From Acanthaster planci (taxonomy: Eukaryota), in contig NW_019091362.1 in the NCBI RefSeq assembly GCF_001949145.1, forward strand, positions 1,619,838 through 1,683,837: DNA of 64,000 bases. The letters are read 5' to 3'. A model generated the notes under the pieces. That model had not been told where the DNA came from. It ran no database searches and saw only the letters and a program-made list of their open reading frames with translations. The position numbers were made by a program, and so were the translations under genes. The stretch's first letter is position 1. The number at the start of each line of letters is the position of its first letter. Shown here in pieces: positions 27,357 through 40,354 of this stretch.

Positions 27357-29074
27357 ATCATGACTTCCTGTTGTAGCCCCCGCCAAAAAATCTCCTTGAC
27401 CAAAAGTATTTACAGAAGCTGCCTCAAACTACAGAAACAGAGCTAAATAACAAAGTGTATGTTCCGAGTTAGCCTTTAATGTCACCCTATATAATTGTGC
27501 ACATTGGCCTTGAATTATCTAGGGTGAGCTCGTTCACCAGGATTTGCTGTTGGAAAGTTATCAACTGAATGGCCTTGAGGCGTATCGTGACATTGCACCA
27601 TCGCACATCGCCCCTTCCAAAAAGAAAATGGAATATAAGAGAATTTTTGAAGGTGAACGGGGGTAGAAAATCACAAATTTGTTAGAAAATACCTCAAAAT
27701 GACCCCCTTCATCTTTGGAGAATTCATCAATTCCTCACTGAAGACTTCTTTGCCCCCCCCCGCGGAAATCCCTCCCCTCGAAAAAAAGTGCTTTGCCCCT
27801 GGAAAATCCTAACGACGCTCATGTGCACTGGCACACAGTGTCATGTAAAAAAAGAGAGATAACTCACTACAGTTGGCATAATCACACTCCTAAAAGTTGA
27901 CTTCCTGGAAAACCGTGACAAGCGTACGAGATTTGATCGAATGACGGGTTAGTCAGTACAAAAGCAGGGATTTCTTGTCAAGGTTGGGGGGACGGAAGAA
28001 GCACATAACCCATAATGCGAACTGTTAAGCGCTTTCTGCATATTATGTAAATGTGATATTACAATATCTTCGTGTTATTTAAGCCCCAGATTACAATATA
28101 ATTTGGTTGTCCAACAGGAAGTTTATAAATACCTGGGATGTTCAAATCGGTCAATCCACCTGCTCTTCGACTCAATTAAAACTAAAACCCGGGAGGATAA
28201 TGAAAATTGGGGCTGATCATAGAGATGTATGAGCCCATCAAAATTGTGGGAGAAAGGACATAACCCATGGCTCCTCGCTGCCCGTGCAGACGTTTGTCAT
28301 ATACATGTACAGTCACAAAATCGTGTACATGGTCGAGTTGCTGGTACACGCTCATTTCGTGCCAGGGTAATTTGTATTTTCATTTAAAAGAGAAAAGTGC
28401 TGGTACTTTGCAGTAACGAAATAGTTCTTTTGTTCGGTGGTGATGGGGAATATTAAATTTTGTTTTATAACATATGTACAAAGAATAGATTAGATATTCT
28501 TTTTTGGAGTTGTGGGAATAAAAATGTACATACACTAAGATGAACACGTGTGAAGTCTATTTGCACATCTTGTGGTAGACCGATTATTAGCCTGGATGAC
28601 CTGATGTCCCGATTTTAGCAAAATCCCAAGGCAAAAAGGGAAACCCACCAGCGCGAACGACCGCACAGATTTGATTGCCAGAGGTTACTGTCTGCTATCA
28701 AGCTTCATATTCCATTGGATCAGGCCACCTACAGGCTCCCGTCTCCTCTAGACCGTCACAATACAAGAAGTCTTCTCGGTTAATCTGCACCTTAAGTTCT
28801 TTGTTTTCCTCGCCTGAATCTACACCGTTTGTTCGGCACCAATTCTTCACCTTTATGTCCTATGCGCCTTGCCTGTGACGTCACTCCTGCACCGCCCTAG
28901 CACGGCTTGGTAAGGATCAAGACTCAGGGTAGTTGCCAAAACCTTTTCAATTGCTCTTTCCTTTTCTCCCCATTTGCCATCCCATTTTACATGTACCATC
29001 TTCTCCCATCTCTGTTTGTCTCTCCACCCAACCTATAAGCACCCGTTGAACGACAAGTTATTGGGACAAGATAG

Positions 29075-29817
29075 GGGTCCAGTCCACGAATTCAAGCCCC
29101 ATTGAAAACAGTGTAAAATCANNNNNNNNNNNNNNNNNNNNNNNNNNNNNNNNNNNNNNNNNNNNNNNNNNNNNNNNNNNNNNNNNNNNNNNNNNNNNNN
29201 NNNNNNNNNNNNNNNNNNNNNNNNNNNNNNNNNNNNNNNNNNNNNNNNNNNNNNNNNNNNNNNNNNNNNNNNNNNNNNNNNNNNNNNNNNNNNNNNNNNN
29301 NNNNNNNNNNNNNNNNNNNNNNNNNNNNNNNNNNNNNNNNNNNNNNNNNNNNNNNNNNNNNNNNNNNAAATCAGCATTGTTCAGGGCCCGATAACATGGA
29401 TACCAACATCCCTGAAATTTCTGAAACACAAATAAAACTATTGCCTGGTTCCTAATCTTTCTTTTGTTCTTTTTTTGTGGTTTTTTGTTTTTGGTGAGTT
29501 AACCAATTACATTTCTCACAAATCAAACTCCAACCCCCCCCCGAAAAGTGATTTTTCCGAAGTCTGCTTGCAGTCATTTTGCAAGTGGCAACCCTCAACT
29601 TTCTCGGGCACTTAGGACCATTTTTCAACTGTAGTTTTTAGCCCTTCTGCCCTCATATGAAAGCTCAAAGACCCAGGGAGTTGATCCCGGCAACGATTTA
29701 CACAATCTCGTCATTTTTGGGGCCAAACAATCTCCTTTTTCAAAAGATACTGTGGGGCGCACTTTTAATGCTAATGAGCTGGCCAGAAATTCTCACTTGA
29801 ATTAGTGGTCTGCACCC
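29075..29817. mobile_element. non-autonomous DNA transposon, copy 1 (Sola2-like)
   Basis: ~22-bp TIR GGGT(C/G)CAG(T/A)CCAC(T/G)AATTCAAG and a 4-bp TSD (ATAG on both sides). Spans the N gap; an inverted copy lies at 36206-36773. Confidence 0.8.
29122..29367. other. assembly gap (246 N)
   Basis: Run of N. Confidence 1.
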
Positions 29818-32800
29818 ATAGCTCCGCGTTTCCGAAGTCCCTGCAGCGCCGTGCCGGCCGGGCGCCTGTGCCCCTTGTCATTCTGCATTCACCCGTGCTT
29901 GTGTGCTTCCAGCTCGTTACATCTCTCTAGTCATTAATCCTCTTAGGGCGATTTTCGCGAGGATCGACAAGCGAGGCCTTGTAACTTGAAGCTTTGTAGG
30001 CCCTATTTATGTGAGGTCACTCCAGTCAGTAAACAGTTTGCAGCAACTTTGATATTATTTTATGTTATTGATTAACAGCCCCGGGTTACTCTTATTTCGT
30101 CCACTGAGAGTTGATGAATGTATTGACATGAATTACAGGCAATGAGTTCCTTGGATCGGAACCACAAGTTACAACTCATTTATTCCGAAAGCCATGATGG
30201 AACACAACGGACTGATGGTCTGGTTATGGTTTAGCAACACTCGTCGAAGTTATAAAGTTGTTTATTCTGGGGACTGATAACCTGTGGCATTGTTGAATTA
30301 GTCTTGTTGGATTGATGAGTGATTGCTAGCTTGTCTGTTCGATCACGGTTCGATGGTGATTGATGACCTAATGGTTTCCGTTTCCGTCTTTGCTTCTTAA
30401 TTAGATCTCTCCCCATCACCTATTGATTCTGTACTTCTTTCTCCTTGTTTGTCGTCATCTTACGAAAGCCCAATCGTGCCACAGAAAAAAAATCAGTGGG
30501 ATACCAATATTCATTATTACGAATAAGTAATTTGTTACCACGAGTTACTTTAGTGATTTCGTATCATCTTTTTTTGTATCCAATTATAAATCTCTACGAC
30601 TTAAACTTAAAACGTGACATAAACAAGGTGTGCGTATACTTAAAACGCCATGATGACGTCATTACGTGCTTTTTTATTTTCTTTGATCAGACTATTCATT
30701 CTATAATCTAAATGAAGCAGTGTCATTTTCACAATTCTTTGCAAGACCTCTGATAATCCAAGTAGATGTGTCTTTAACAGAAAATTTGCAACGTAACGAT
30801 GACGTCATTAAAATCTGAGTCATGAAACACATATAAGGTAAAATTTTATCATCAAATGTGCAAGGTAGGTATAAATGTAAGTCGCCCAGAATGCTTTAAA
30901 AATGTAAACGTTTTATTGAATTTTTGACTTTATTTTCGCGAAATCAGATCTCTTGAACTGCATGTCAATGAACAGTGGGTACACTGCACCATTAGTGTGA
31001 AACCAAAGACGCACCTGGTATGAACTAGAAACGGCATCGACGGGATTTGAAGCTAAGGATTGGGGGGGGGGGTCACATCACTACTCATCTCCGCTGATTT
31101 GTGGCCCTATCAACACCTGTCACAACAATATAAAGCACCAGGAAACTTCTTCATCTCAACATCTTCATCCTCTATATATTGATTTCCTTCTGACGCAGGG
31201 TCACCAACTCACAGCATTGCAGACCCCAGAAGCTTGTAATTAATTTTGTGTGAATTTGTATTTGGAGATTTGCTGTAAATACATGTACATACAAAATTAT
31301 AATAGTCTATAGTGAAGAGATGGGAGGATACAATCGGAAAAAAATTTCTGTCGACCCCTGTCCATTAATGAAGATGTTATTGCTTACAGTACCTTTTATC
31401 AGTGACAACGTTAGGGTTATAGGTGAAATAGGCCTGATGTGAGCATGCATCGCGGACATAAATGATGACCACTTCCAATGCAAATCCGATGCGACTCTGA
31501 CCTCGGGTTGAATCGGATCGGATTGAACGTATTTCTGTCAAATTCGGATTACTGTTCAAAGACGTCAATTGCCCTTGCCGCCAAGGCCATTTGTGCATAA
31601 TATGAATTTATTAGTGGAAAGTTCTATAGCCCTAACACCAATGACAATTTATGCATTAGGTGTTATGCATTATGCATAAGGTCAGTGACTCACACAATGA
31701 ACTTTACCAAGTTCTTATTTACATATAAGTTTGCCGGTTGGGATCGGATTCGAATTGCCCGGTTGCCCCCCCCCACTTTTGAAAAGGTAATTATTTTGGC
31801 CCCCCCCCCATTTTACAGGTCTACCAACCGATGGAGGTACATTGCAACTCCCCCCCCCTAGAAAAAAGTTGCGCCGCCACTGATCGTCGCACATCGGAAA
31901 TTTCAGGAAATTTTCCGTCGAATATTATGGACCCTGAGGCATGCTTTGATTCAGATCAAACGAGACTGGCAAGTTGGAACAGTGCTCCTCAGGAGCGAGC
32001 CCATTTTCAACGGCTTGTCTCTTCTTTACCGAAGAATGCCGTCAAAATGGAACCCTCAGAGCCCTAATTGGCCCATTTGTGGTCTTCGTACAATTCCGTA
32101 TTCTTGTTTGAGTTTTCTTCTTTGTGATTCCACAAAAATTCCATATCCTAAAAAAAAAACAGTAAGGAAGGGGCTCTCATTTAACGCTCTGCTTTCTAGT
32201 TTATCTTACACTCGATGGGGAATACGCGTTGAAAAAGGAATGATAGAGGGCGCTGTTTTGAATTGTCAGCAGCAAATTGTGCGGGGACACAGTTGACTCG
32301 ATGCACTTGCACTCGTATGTAACGGACGTGAACAGAAGTGTTAGGTTTGTATACGATTCAAATACATGAAATTCTTGACATGCCAGATGTTGGCAGCCAC
32401 GATGATTGTATCCTTATTACTCTGTGAACTCACTGGAAATTGAAAAAGAAATGACACTGTAGGGATGATCCAGGAATTTTCCCTGGGAGGGAGTCAGGCC
32501 GGAAATTTTTGTTTAATGTCCCATTTTTGCTGATAAGCGGAAACGATGATGAAACCTTATACACGACTTGCATTATTTACAGTGGTATTGGTGCCTTTAC
32601 TTTAGTTATTTACTTTAAAAAAATTTCACCAGATCTGCGCCTGCATTGTTAGCTTCGTGGCCATGTGCCCGGATTCATGACTCCCTTTTCAAGTTCAGTT
32701 GTCAGATCCACTCCGCTCTGGTTCAGAGTAGTAACTACATGTACTTTATTTTGCATGAAGATTATACATAATAATGCTTGCAGGTCGACGGGCAGACCTC

Positions 32801-32884
32801 ACACGCGCGCCCGAATGGCCTTGGACGCGCTTCATTGGGGCATGCGTCATTGAAATACCGAACTGGTTCATTTATGTTGGAATC

Positions 32885-33012
32885 GGGACCTGTTTGTTTC
32901 ACACGGATCCAGATCGAACATGTTTTGCTCATCGAGACCGGAGCCCGCCTATTAGCGAACCAGCTTTGGGATCGCTGGTCGAGATCCAGATCGGTATGAA
33001 ACAAGTGGGCCC
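32885..33012. mobile_element. short MITE, same family as 14076-14223
   Basis: GGGACCTGTTTGTTTCACACGGATCC...ATGAAACAAGTGGGCCC. Confidence 0.6.
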
Positions 33013-34774
33013 AAAGTCTTCGAGAATAGTGGAGATAGTTGCCATGAATTATTCACGGGGAAGCCATTCTCAATCTTGTTCTCCCAGTGAATCTGTCACA
33101 TTCAGTGTGATCTGCAAAAACGGTAGTGTCAGACCATGTGGGATTCCAAGCATCACTATCAGGTTTTTACTTTTTTAACTTTGCATAAAACATTCAGAAG
33201 TAATTTATCACAAATTTTAAAATTGCTTTAAACGTAAACTGGCATTAATTTGCAATGAATATCTATTTCATTGCTGTTATTTTTCAAGGTCCCACAAAGA
33301 AAAGTTAACCTCACCTTCAATTCAAGATGGCCGACACAAAAATACAGCCTTTCAGCTTTCTTTTTGTCTGTGTTTTAAAAGTGCTCCTGACTTAGTCAAG
33401 GATTCTTTGCTATTCGCTGATTCATGAAATGTAGACACTTATTTTTACGTTGAACTTTTAGCAGGAACTCGGAATTGGAAATTTGTGCGGCTTTCGTTTC
33501 AGCACTTGCACGACGCTGGTCGTTGAGGGCGAAAGAGGATGGTCATCAAATGATTCTTGGGGCTGTCGTATTTTTTCCTAGGAAGGTTGGGGTAATTATA
33601 ACAAAATGGGCTCATCTGAACCATTGCGCAGAAGAGCGCTTGACTTGTAAGCGGCATGGCCAGGGTTCGAGTCTACATGGAAGGAGGTAGTTAGTAAGAG
33701 GATATTTTTATCATAGCAAAGTAAAGCCCGAGATTCACCTTCTAACTGAAGATTCTAAGTGTTCACTAAATAGACCTTTTCACTCATAAATTAATAATTA
33801 TTAATTTATGAAAAGGTCTATTGATCGAGCTTGCAGTTAACCACGCCCATATATGATAATTACATTAAGATCGTATAGTGCCGCGTAGTGCGACTCAATA
33901 TGTACCCTGGGCACTGACGGGCAGGCCTCACTGAGTACAATGGACTCGCCGATACTAGAAAATGTAACGATTCGAAATGGAGTAAGAGACTGAGTTCCAG
34001 ACCAAGACCAGTCTCGACGACTATCACAGTGATTTGATCTGAGATATATGTACATATGTCGGTGGATCGTGCTTGGGGATAAGCGCTGTAGAACCTGAGC
34101 AACTTTGAAGCAGTGCCCTCAACGGCAAAGACACATTCGTCAACTCGCCCAAGATCTTGTAAGTCAGATATTTACCCTACTGCCCAAAACGGTATGATTG
34201 CGCGTATTAAATGCATGGCGTTATAACAAGCAAGAAATGNGACAATGACCAACACAAAGCGGGGGGGGGGGTTTCTTCTCTTGCTGCATATGCATGGCGT
34301 ATGCAAGCAGTCAGTTGGTTTTTTTTTCAGTATTATTTACTGTATTTTGTCAGAAGCATGTACGCTTAATTCTAGTTATGTCTGGCCGAATCCAGATTAT
34401 CTCCATGGCTTGAAATTGAACTGGTTAGTCGCATCCGAACGGAAAAATTAACTTTATAAACGGCTCTTATTGGCTGATACGCTGCGTTGCATATAATTTG
34501 CATGTATGCATACACGTATCAGATGTTCGAGCTGGCGTACGAAGAAGTAGAACGGCGATACACAGACGAGATCTGCAAAAGCTGCTTAAACTAAGTGGGA
34601 GACTGTGGGATAGGTGGAGTTGTTTCAGCGAGTTGCGCGTGCAAGGGCACGTCGTTCCTTGGGAGCCATCTCCTTTGAACAAGGCGGACCTTGTCCGGCG
34701 AGACACCATATTCTAGACGAATCACGAAACGAATCTCCAGATCCAGAGAGGACAGAATTCCCGCCGATTGTTAC

Positions 34775-35135
34775 AAAAAGCCTATTGCGAGTGAAATTTG
34801 AATAAAATCTGGCACACTGAGTTCTTTGAATTCACTTGAACATAACAATTTGAATTCCCCGACTAAAGACACTGTTGCTATACCGCGGGATTCAGGGCAA
34901 GCTTGTGCCTGGTCATAATAAGAAACGCGTTGCACCAGTACACTGTTTTCGATGGATAAGAAGGGCACAAAGGAACTTGTCCATTCCAGAGATGGTGGTC
35001 GCTGTGCAAAAGCTTGCCCCGAATCACGAGGTATAGCAACAGTGTCTTTAGTCTAGGGAATTCATATTGTTATGCTTATGTCGATCAGATAACGCAGAGA
35101 GATTTTATTCAAATTTAACTCGCCAAGGGCTTATT
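34775..35135. mobile_element. palindromic MITE
   Basis: Inverted arms GCGAGT(G/T)AAATTTGAATAAAATCT and GACTAAAGACACTGTTGCTATACC. Confidence 0.8.
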
Positions 35136-36205
35136 GACATTTTGCATTCAAGCGGACTCGGCAACATCTTCATCTTCAACGTGGCAATGGGAGACAGATA
35201 CCCAGTTGATGAAGAAGTCCTTATAAGAAGATTCAGTGGACCAGGAAATCTGAGGAGCAGTGAAAAAAGATTCACAGCGACTCCGGCGGGCGGAGCGGAG
35301 CAACGCCAGCGGAGGCTGCCTGACGAGAATCAAGTTTGCCACAGGTATTTGGACATTATCTGTCGAGTGATTAAATTGCAACTGTTACACAGTACATGTA
35401 GACAGGTAGTCGTTTTATAGGAAATGTGACTGTAAAATTGTTTTCTGAAAGAGGCGTATTATTTCAACACAAGAGAAGGACCAATAAGCCGACAAAACAG
35501 AAAATAAAAAATTCACATTATTAGGATGAAAACAGCTGTCATTAATGAGGTGGAAGGAGTCCACAAAGGAGAAAAGTGGAACCCACCAAAATGATAGTGA
35601 TTTAAGTGGTGAAGGGGAAAAGGCCCCGAAATCTACATTAGACTGGTTCCTAAACTAACTTAGATTCCAACTACTGTACTCTGCGAAATCATACATTCGA
35701 TAGCCGCCACAGTCACGTGAAAACCGGAAGAATTCCTCATATTTCCAACATTCTCCGAAATTGGCCGAAATTTTCCGGACCCATGATAGAAAGGTAGAAA
35801 CACCTTTCTTTACGGATTTCCCGACATATTACATGATTTTTTTATTACAATTTTTCTGCCTTTTGGCAATGGTTACTCGATTGTCTGCCTGCACATTTTT
35901 GTATTTTGTCAATGGCCTGGAACCAGACCATGGGAACTCTCAGATGCGGGTAACAGACTCCGAATGAACTTGAGAATTTCAAGATTCATAATGCATGTGA
36001 GACGATTTGTTTGTTGGCCTTTATTGTCAGCGTCGGGCAGTAATCGAATGTATAGGCCTATGTACTGGTGATGTCACATTGTCTTAACAGTCTCTCCCAT
36101 TGCGCCAGTACTAGGGGCCTACGGTTCACTGTCTGAGCACATAGATTAGCCTGTTACACAAAGGGCACTGCTCAGGACCTGGCCGTGTCTTGAAAACGTC
36201 TTGAC

Positions 36206-36773
36206 GGGTGCAGTCTACTAATCCAAGTAAGAATTTCTGGCCAGCTCATTAGCAGTAAAAGTGCTCCCCACAGTATCGTTTGAAAAAGGAGATTGCTTGG
36301 CCCCCAAAATGGTGAGATTGTGTAAATCGTTGCCGGGATCAACTCTCTGGGTCTTTGAGCTTTCATATGAGGGCAGAAGGGCTAAAAACGACGGTTGAAG
36401 AATGACCCTAAGTGCCCGAGAAATTTGAGGGTTGCCACTTGCAAAATGGCTGCAAGCAGACTTCGAAAAAAATCACTTTTGGGGGGAGTTTGGAGTTTGA
36501 TTTGTGAGAAATGTAATTGGTTAACCCACCAAAAACAAACAAACAAACAAACAAACAAACAAACAAACACCCCAACAAACAAACAAACAAACAAACAAAC
36601 AACCCAACACCCCAACAAACAAACAAACAAACAAACAAACAAAGAAAAGAGAGATTAGGAGCCAGGCAACAGTTTTATTTGTGTTTCAGAAATTTCAGGG
36701 ATGTTGGTATCCATGTTATTGGGCCCTGAACAATGCCGATTTTACACTGTTGTTGAATTAGTGGACTGGACCC
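36206..36773. mobile_element. non-autonomous DNA transposon, copy 2 (inverted relative to copy 1)
   Basis: Long reverse-complement match to 29368-29817 with the same TIRs. Flanks are TGAC/TGAA; internal (CAAA)n expansion. Confidence 0.8.
36530..36643. repeat. (CAAA)n microsatellite
   Basis: Read directly; explains the low-complexity ORFs here. Confidence 0.95.
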
Positions 36774-38835
36774 TGAAGTGATCTTTGTTGTGGAGCGCCC
36801 TCACTTGCCGTGTCTTAGCATTTCCAGCAAAAGTTCAAGCTTCATCTGAAACTGTTATCTAGAGCTAGTCTAGGACTTCGCTCCTTTGGAAATACACGAA
36901 GACGCGCTGACAATAGATGCAGCCGTAGTTCTAAAGGCCCGGTTCGGAAACAGCGTAAGTAATGTGATCTGTCACGACAAAGTGAGCATATAAAGTCGCA
37001 ATCCGTTATTTCCTATAATGACTGTTTAATGTCAAAAAGTGAAAGGGGGGTTAATTTGGGGGTTTTGTGACATTTGTAAAGATGAACCCTTCCATTCAGT
37101 TCCAGATTTTTAGCAGGATCATATACTTAAAAACCTCATTTTCTCACCAATTTTGACGATAGCATTATTCAGAAATGTTGAAACAGTGTCGGAAACAAAG
37201 ACCCACAGCCGCCTACTTGTACCCTTAAAGTGTTACATGTACTTACATTGTACCATTGGAAAGCTCCTTTTCTGCTGAATAAAAAAAATCAATACCTCAA
37301 TTTTCGAAAATTCCGACTTTCAGTGCATTTTGTGGTGACATTTCACAAATGCGTTCACTGATTTGCACATGGCGCGTACACTTTTTAAATGACCGCATTT
37401 AATGGACCCACGAGAAGCCACCCATAATGTGCTATATTCCCCCAAAAATCTCCGAGGAAATGTCACGTTACATGTTTGTTTGTACGTGTTACAAACGAGA
37501 TTAGTTTTAGCTGTACTGAATCTGAACAAGTGTCAGTTGTGACTTTTCCCACAGTTATCACTGTGATTTTGTGGTATTGTTTGCTACACACTGTACTGTG
37601 TTCGTTTTCGCGTACGTGGAATAACACGTATGCACTTTTGAGTTTTGTTTGCTTTTGAGGTCTTGTCTGTTGTACTTAAACTCATGTTGACCACATACCT
37701 GCAGTAGATTATTTGTTGCTATTACGTATTGTGTGTTCTCATTATTAAATACTGACGAAAAAAACTGACGCTTATGAAAGATACTTGGATTTTTGGGTCA
37801 AAACACGTGACCTTTACTAACTGCAGGCAAAACTTGCCCTATTTATCATCGGCTGCGATTGATTTGTGCACAAACGGAAGAACCAATCAGAGCACGTGTA
37901 ACAGGATATGGATCCGCCCACTTTCGAAACTTAATGGTGCCATATGTAGCGTGAGCGAAGTATTATGTACACGTACATGGGCATTATTGAAGTCTTTCTA
38001 TTTTGCTCTAGGCATGAGTGTTTAGTTGAGTGGTTCGGTTTAAGAATTGTGCGGTGAAGGGGGGCCCCATGTAATGCATAAACTTTATACTCTAGCCTCT
38101 TGTACCTACTGCATCGCGTCATCTTCAAATAAAAGTACAATAATGCAGAACATTCTTGACAGTGCCGTAGGTAGGGGGGTACAAGAGGGGCTCCAGCATC
38201 TTATGAGGGCACCAGCTTTCAGTGGTGTGGTGTTTTTTTTGGGGGGGGAGTGTGCTCACAGTGCAGGTAGTATTTTTTTTGGAATTGACAACTTTGGGTG
38301 CACCAATGTTCAAGGGAAGTCGACTAAACTTGTTAAATCGCTCTCACTCCCCAACCCCCCTTCAAAACGACTGTTACCCCAATAACTTACCAAACATGGA
38401 TGGGTGACAAACAATTTTCATTAACGAGTAGGTATTATTGTGTTGACACGACTTTATAACCAAAAGTCTGCATCGTTAGTGATTTCTTTCATGCCTTTCG
38501 GTTAAATGGGAGTCATCATGTTCACTGGGACTTGGCCAGTCGTGGGTTGAAAAGCTTAAACGTTGAGGAATTTCCCTGGTCCACTGGGTAACAACAATTT
38601 TGAAGAAACGTGACAAAAATGCACGCCGCTTATACGGCCGGCGCATGTCTGTTGCGAGGCTGTTTTGAAATATATGTATTTGTATGGCTGCCGCTGGAAA
38701 TAAGTGCCATTGAAAGCTTGCGGATAGCGGCTGCAGCTAGTTTCTATTGTACAACCAGTTTACTCCTAGCCGCAGACGGTCACGGACGTATACAAAATAA
38801 CATGGACTTGCAACGCCTTTGTATGAAAAAGAAGC

Positions 38836-38965
38836 CAACCAGCGGCCATTTTACCGAGCCGAATACAAATGTTGGGTTGGCTCCCTACTATTGACGTCAG
38901 GAAGAACAAGGGCGGGCATTGCCAGGAAAGCTTTGTACTCGGCTCGGTAAAATGGCCGCGAGTTG
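38836..38965. repeat. short hairpin element
   Basis: GCGGCCATTTTACCGAGCCGA(A/G)TACAAA inverted arms around a CRE-containing spacer. Confidence 0.75.
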
Positions 38966-39063
38966 ATTCAATGATCTCAATAAGCTGATTAAGGGCATTG
39001 CGAGTCCAGATTTTATTATACACGTCCGTGCAGACAATTGGTTCGGACACAGCTGCACATTAA

Positions 39064-39548
39064 GGGTGCACCCTCGTACTGAGGCCAAAAATATGTCTGC
39101 CGAGCTCATTAATAAAAGTTATACACTAAAAATATTCTATACTAGAGGGTCCTGAGAGCCATGGAAGTTGGAAATTGAAGAAATATGAGACTGGACCTCT
39201 GGGCTGGACTCAGGGCTTCCGATTCTAAGCAATTTGGATGCAATCTGGTTTGAAAGTGGCACTTTTTGAGCCATTTTGCCGAGGGATGGTTTTTCAAAAT
39301 GGCTACTTTTCTGGACATGGACATTTTCTGCATTTTAGGGGTGGTCTGCTTCTGGTGAAAATTTCTCAAAAATTCACCCCCCCCGGTCAACCCCCGAAAA
39401 TTGAAAGGAAAATGAAAGGAGAGATGTGAAACATCATTTTTTTGTGCAGCCTGAACACCTGTGAGAGTTGTGAGTATTTTTAAGATGTTTGTGAAGTATG
39501 GGGATTTATCACTGCTGTCTATGGGAATTTATTTCTAGTGGTGCACCC
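39064..39548. mobile_element. TTAA-inserting non-autonomous transposon (Kolobok-like)
   Basis: TTAA|GGGTGCACC...GGTGCACCC|TTAA. Confidence 0.75.
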
Positions 39549-40354
39549 TTAACCTGATGTATCGGTCATTGGAAAGCGCCACCAATTGTTCCCTGTTCCG
39601 TCAGTCCGATCTTGAGAAATAAAAATACATGTACTTTGTTGTGGAGGGACGACAAACTCATTCAAACGATGGACAAGTTCGAATGTTGCCCGTCTAAAAG
39701 TCTACTTAAATTCCGGAGCTATTTGAAATTCCAAGCAAATAAAACTCTGCGGCGGACTGGCACATATCCCGGCAAATGCTACCCAACGTTGACGCTCTAT
39801 GGATGCTGCTAACCAGAGAGCAAAGTAGTACATCCACGTCTGCAGCTTTGATCTCATCTAAAATTTAATTTGCCCCCTCAGCTCTAACGCCAGGAGCCAT
39901 TTCTCAGGGTTGCATTTTTTAAAAAAATCTACATTTCATTACTTTGACATTCTTTTCAAAGGCGCGTGGATACATCCCAATGCAGGGCGTTACGATTGCA
40001 AACTGTACGGAAGCCGGTAGCAGCCCAGAGGTTGAGCTGGTCCTGGAAGGTTAAAGACGGTTTAAATTCATTGGTCTCAAAACTTTTGTCCTGTCAGAGC
40101 GTGCTTGGATGTTACTTAAAGTGAAAGCTTTGTCAGGAATAGTGTAATGCTTTGACGTCACTCCTGGGTGTGTTTTTCGAAGAGTTTACTTAATCACAAA
40201 AGATTTCTTTTCAGTATTTACAACGGAAAGGGCAAGTCTGTAAAGAAAGTTTTGTTGCGTTTTATGTTTTTTAGAGGCATCAAGCTGTAAAGGTTAGTTG
40301 AAAATCAGTTCTAGAAACTGATGGAACGCGCAGACGAAAAAAAAGAACACTTAA

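Noticed and set aside
33620..33680. tRNA gene (GGGTTCGAGTC B box)
   Set aside because: No complete cloverleaf visible; likely a decayed SINE head.
36382..36729. ORFs with FVCL/QTNK repeats
   Set aside because: Translations of the (CAAA)n microsatellite.
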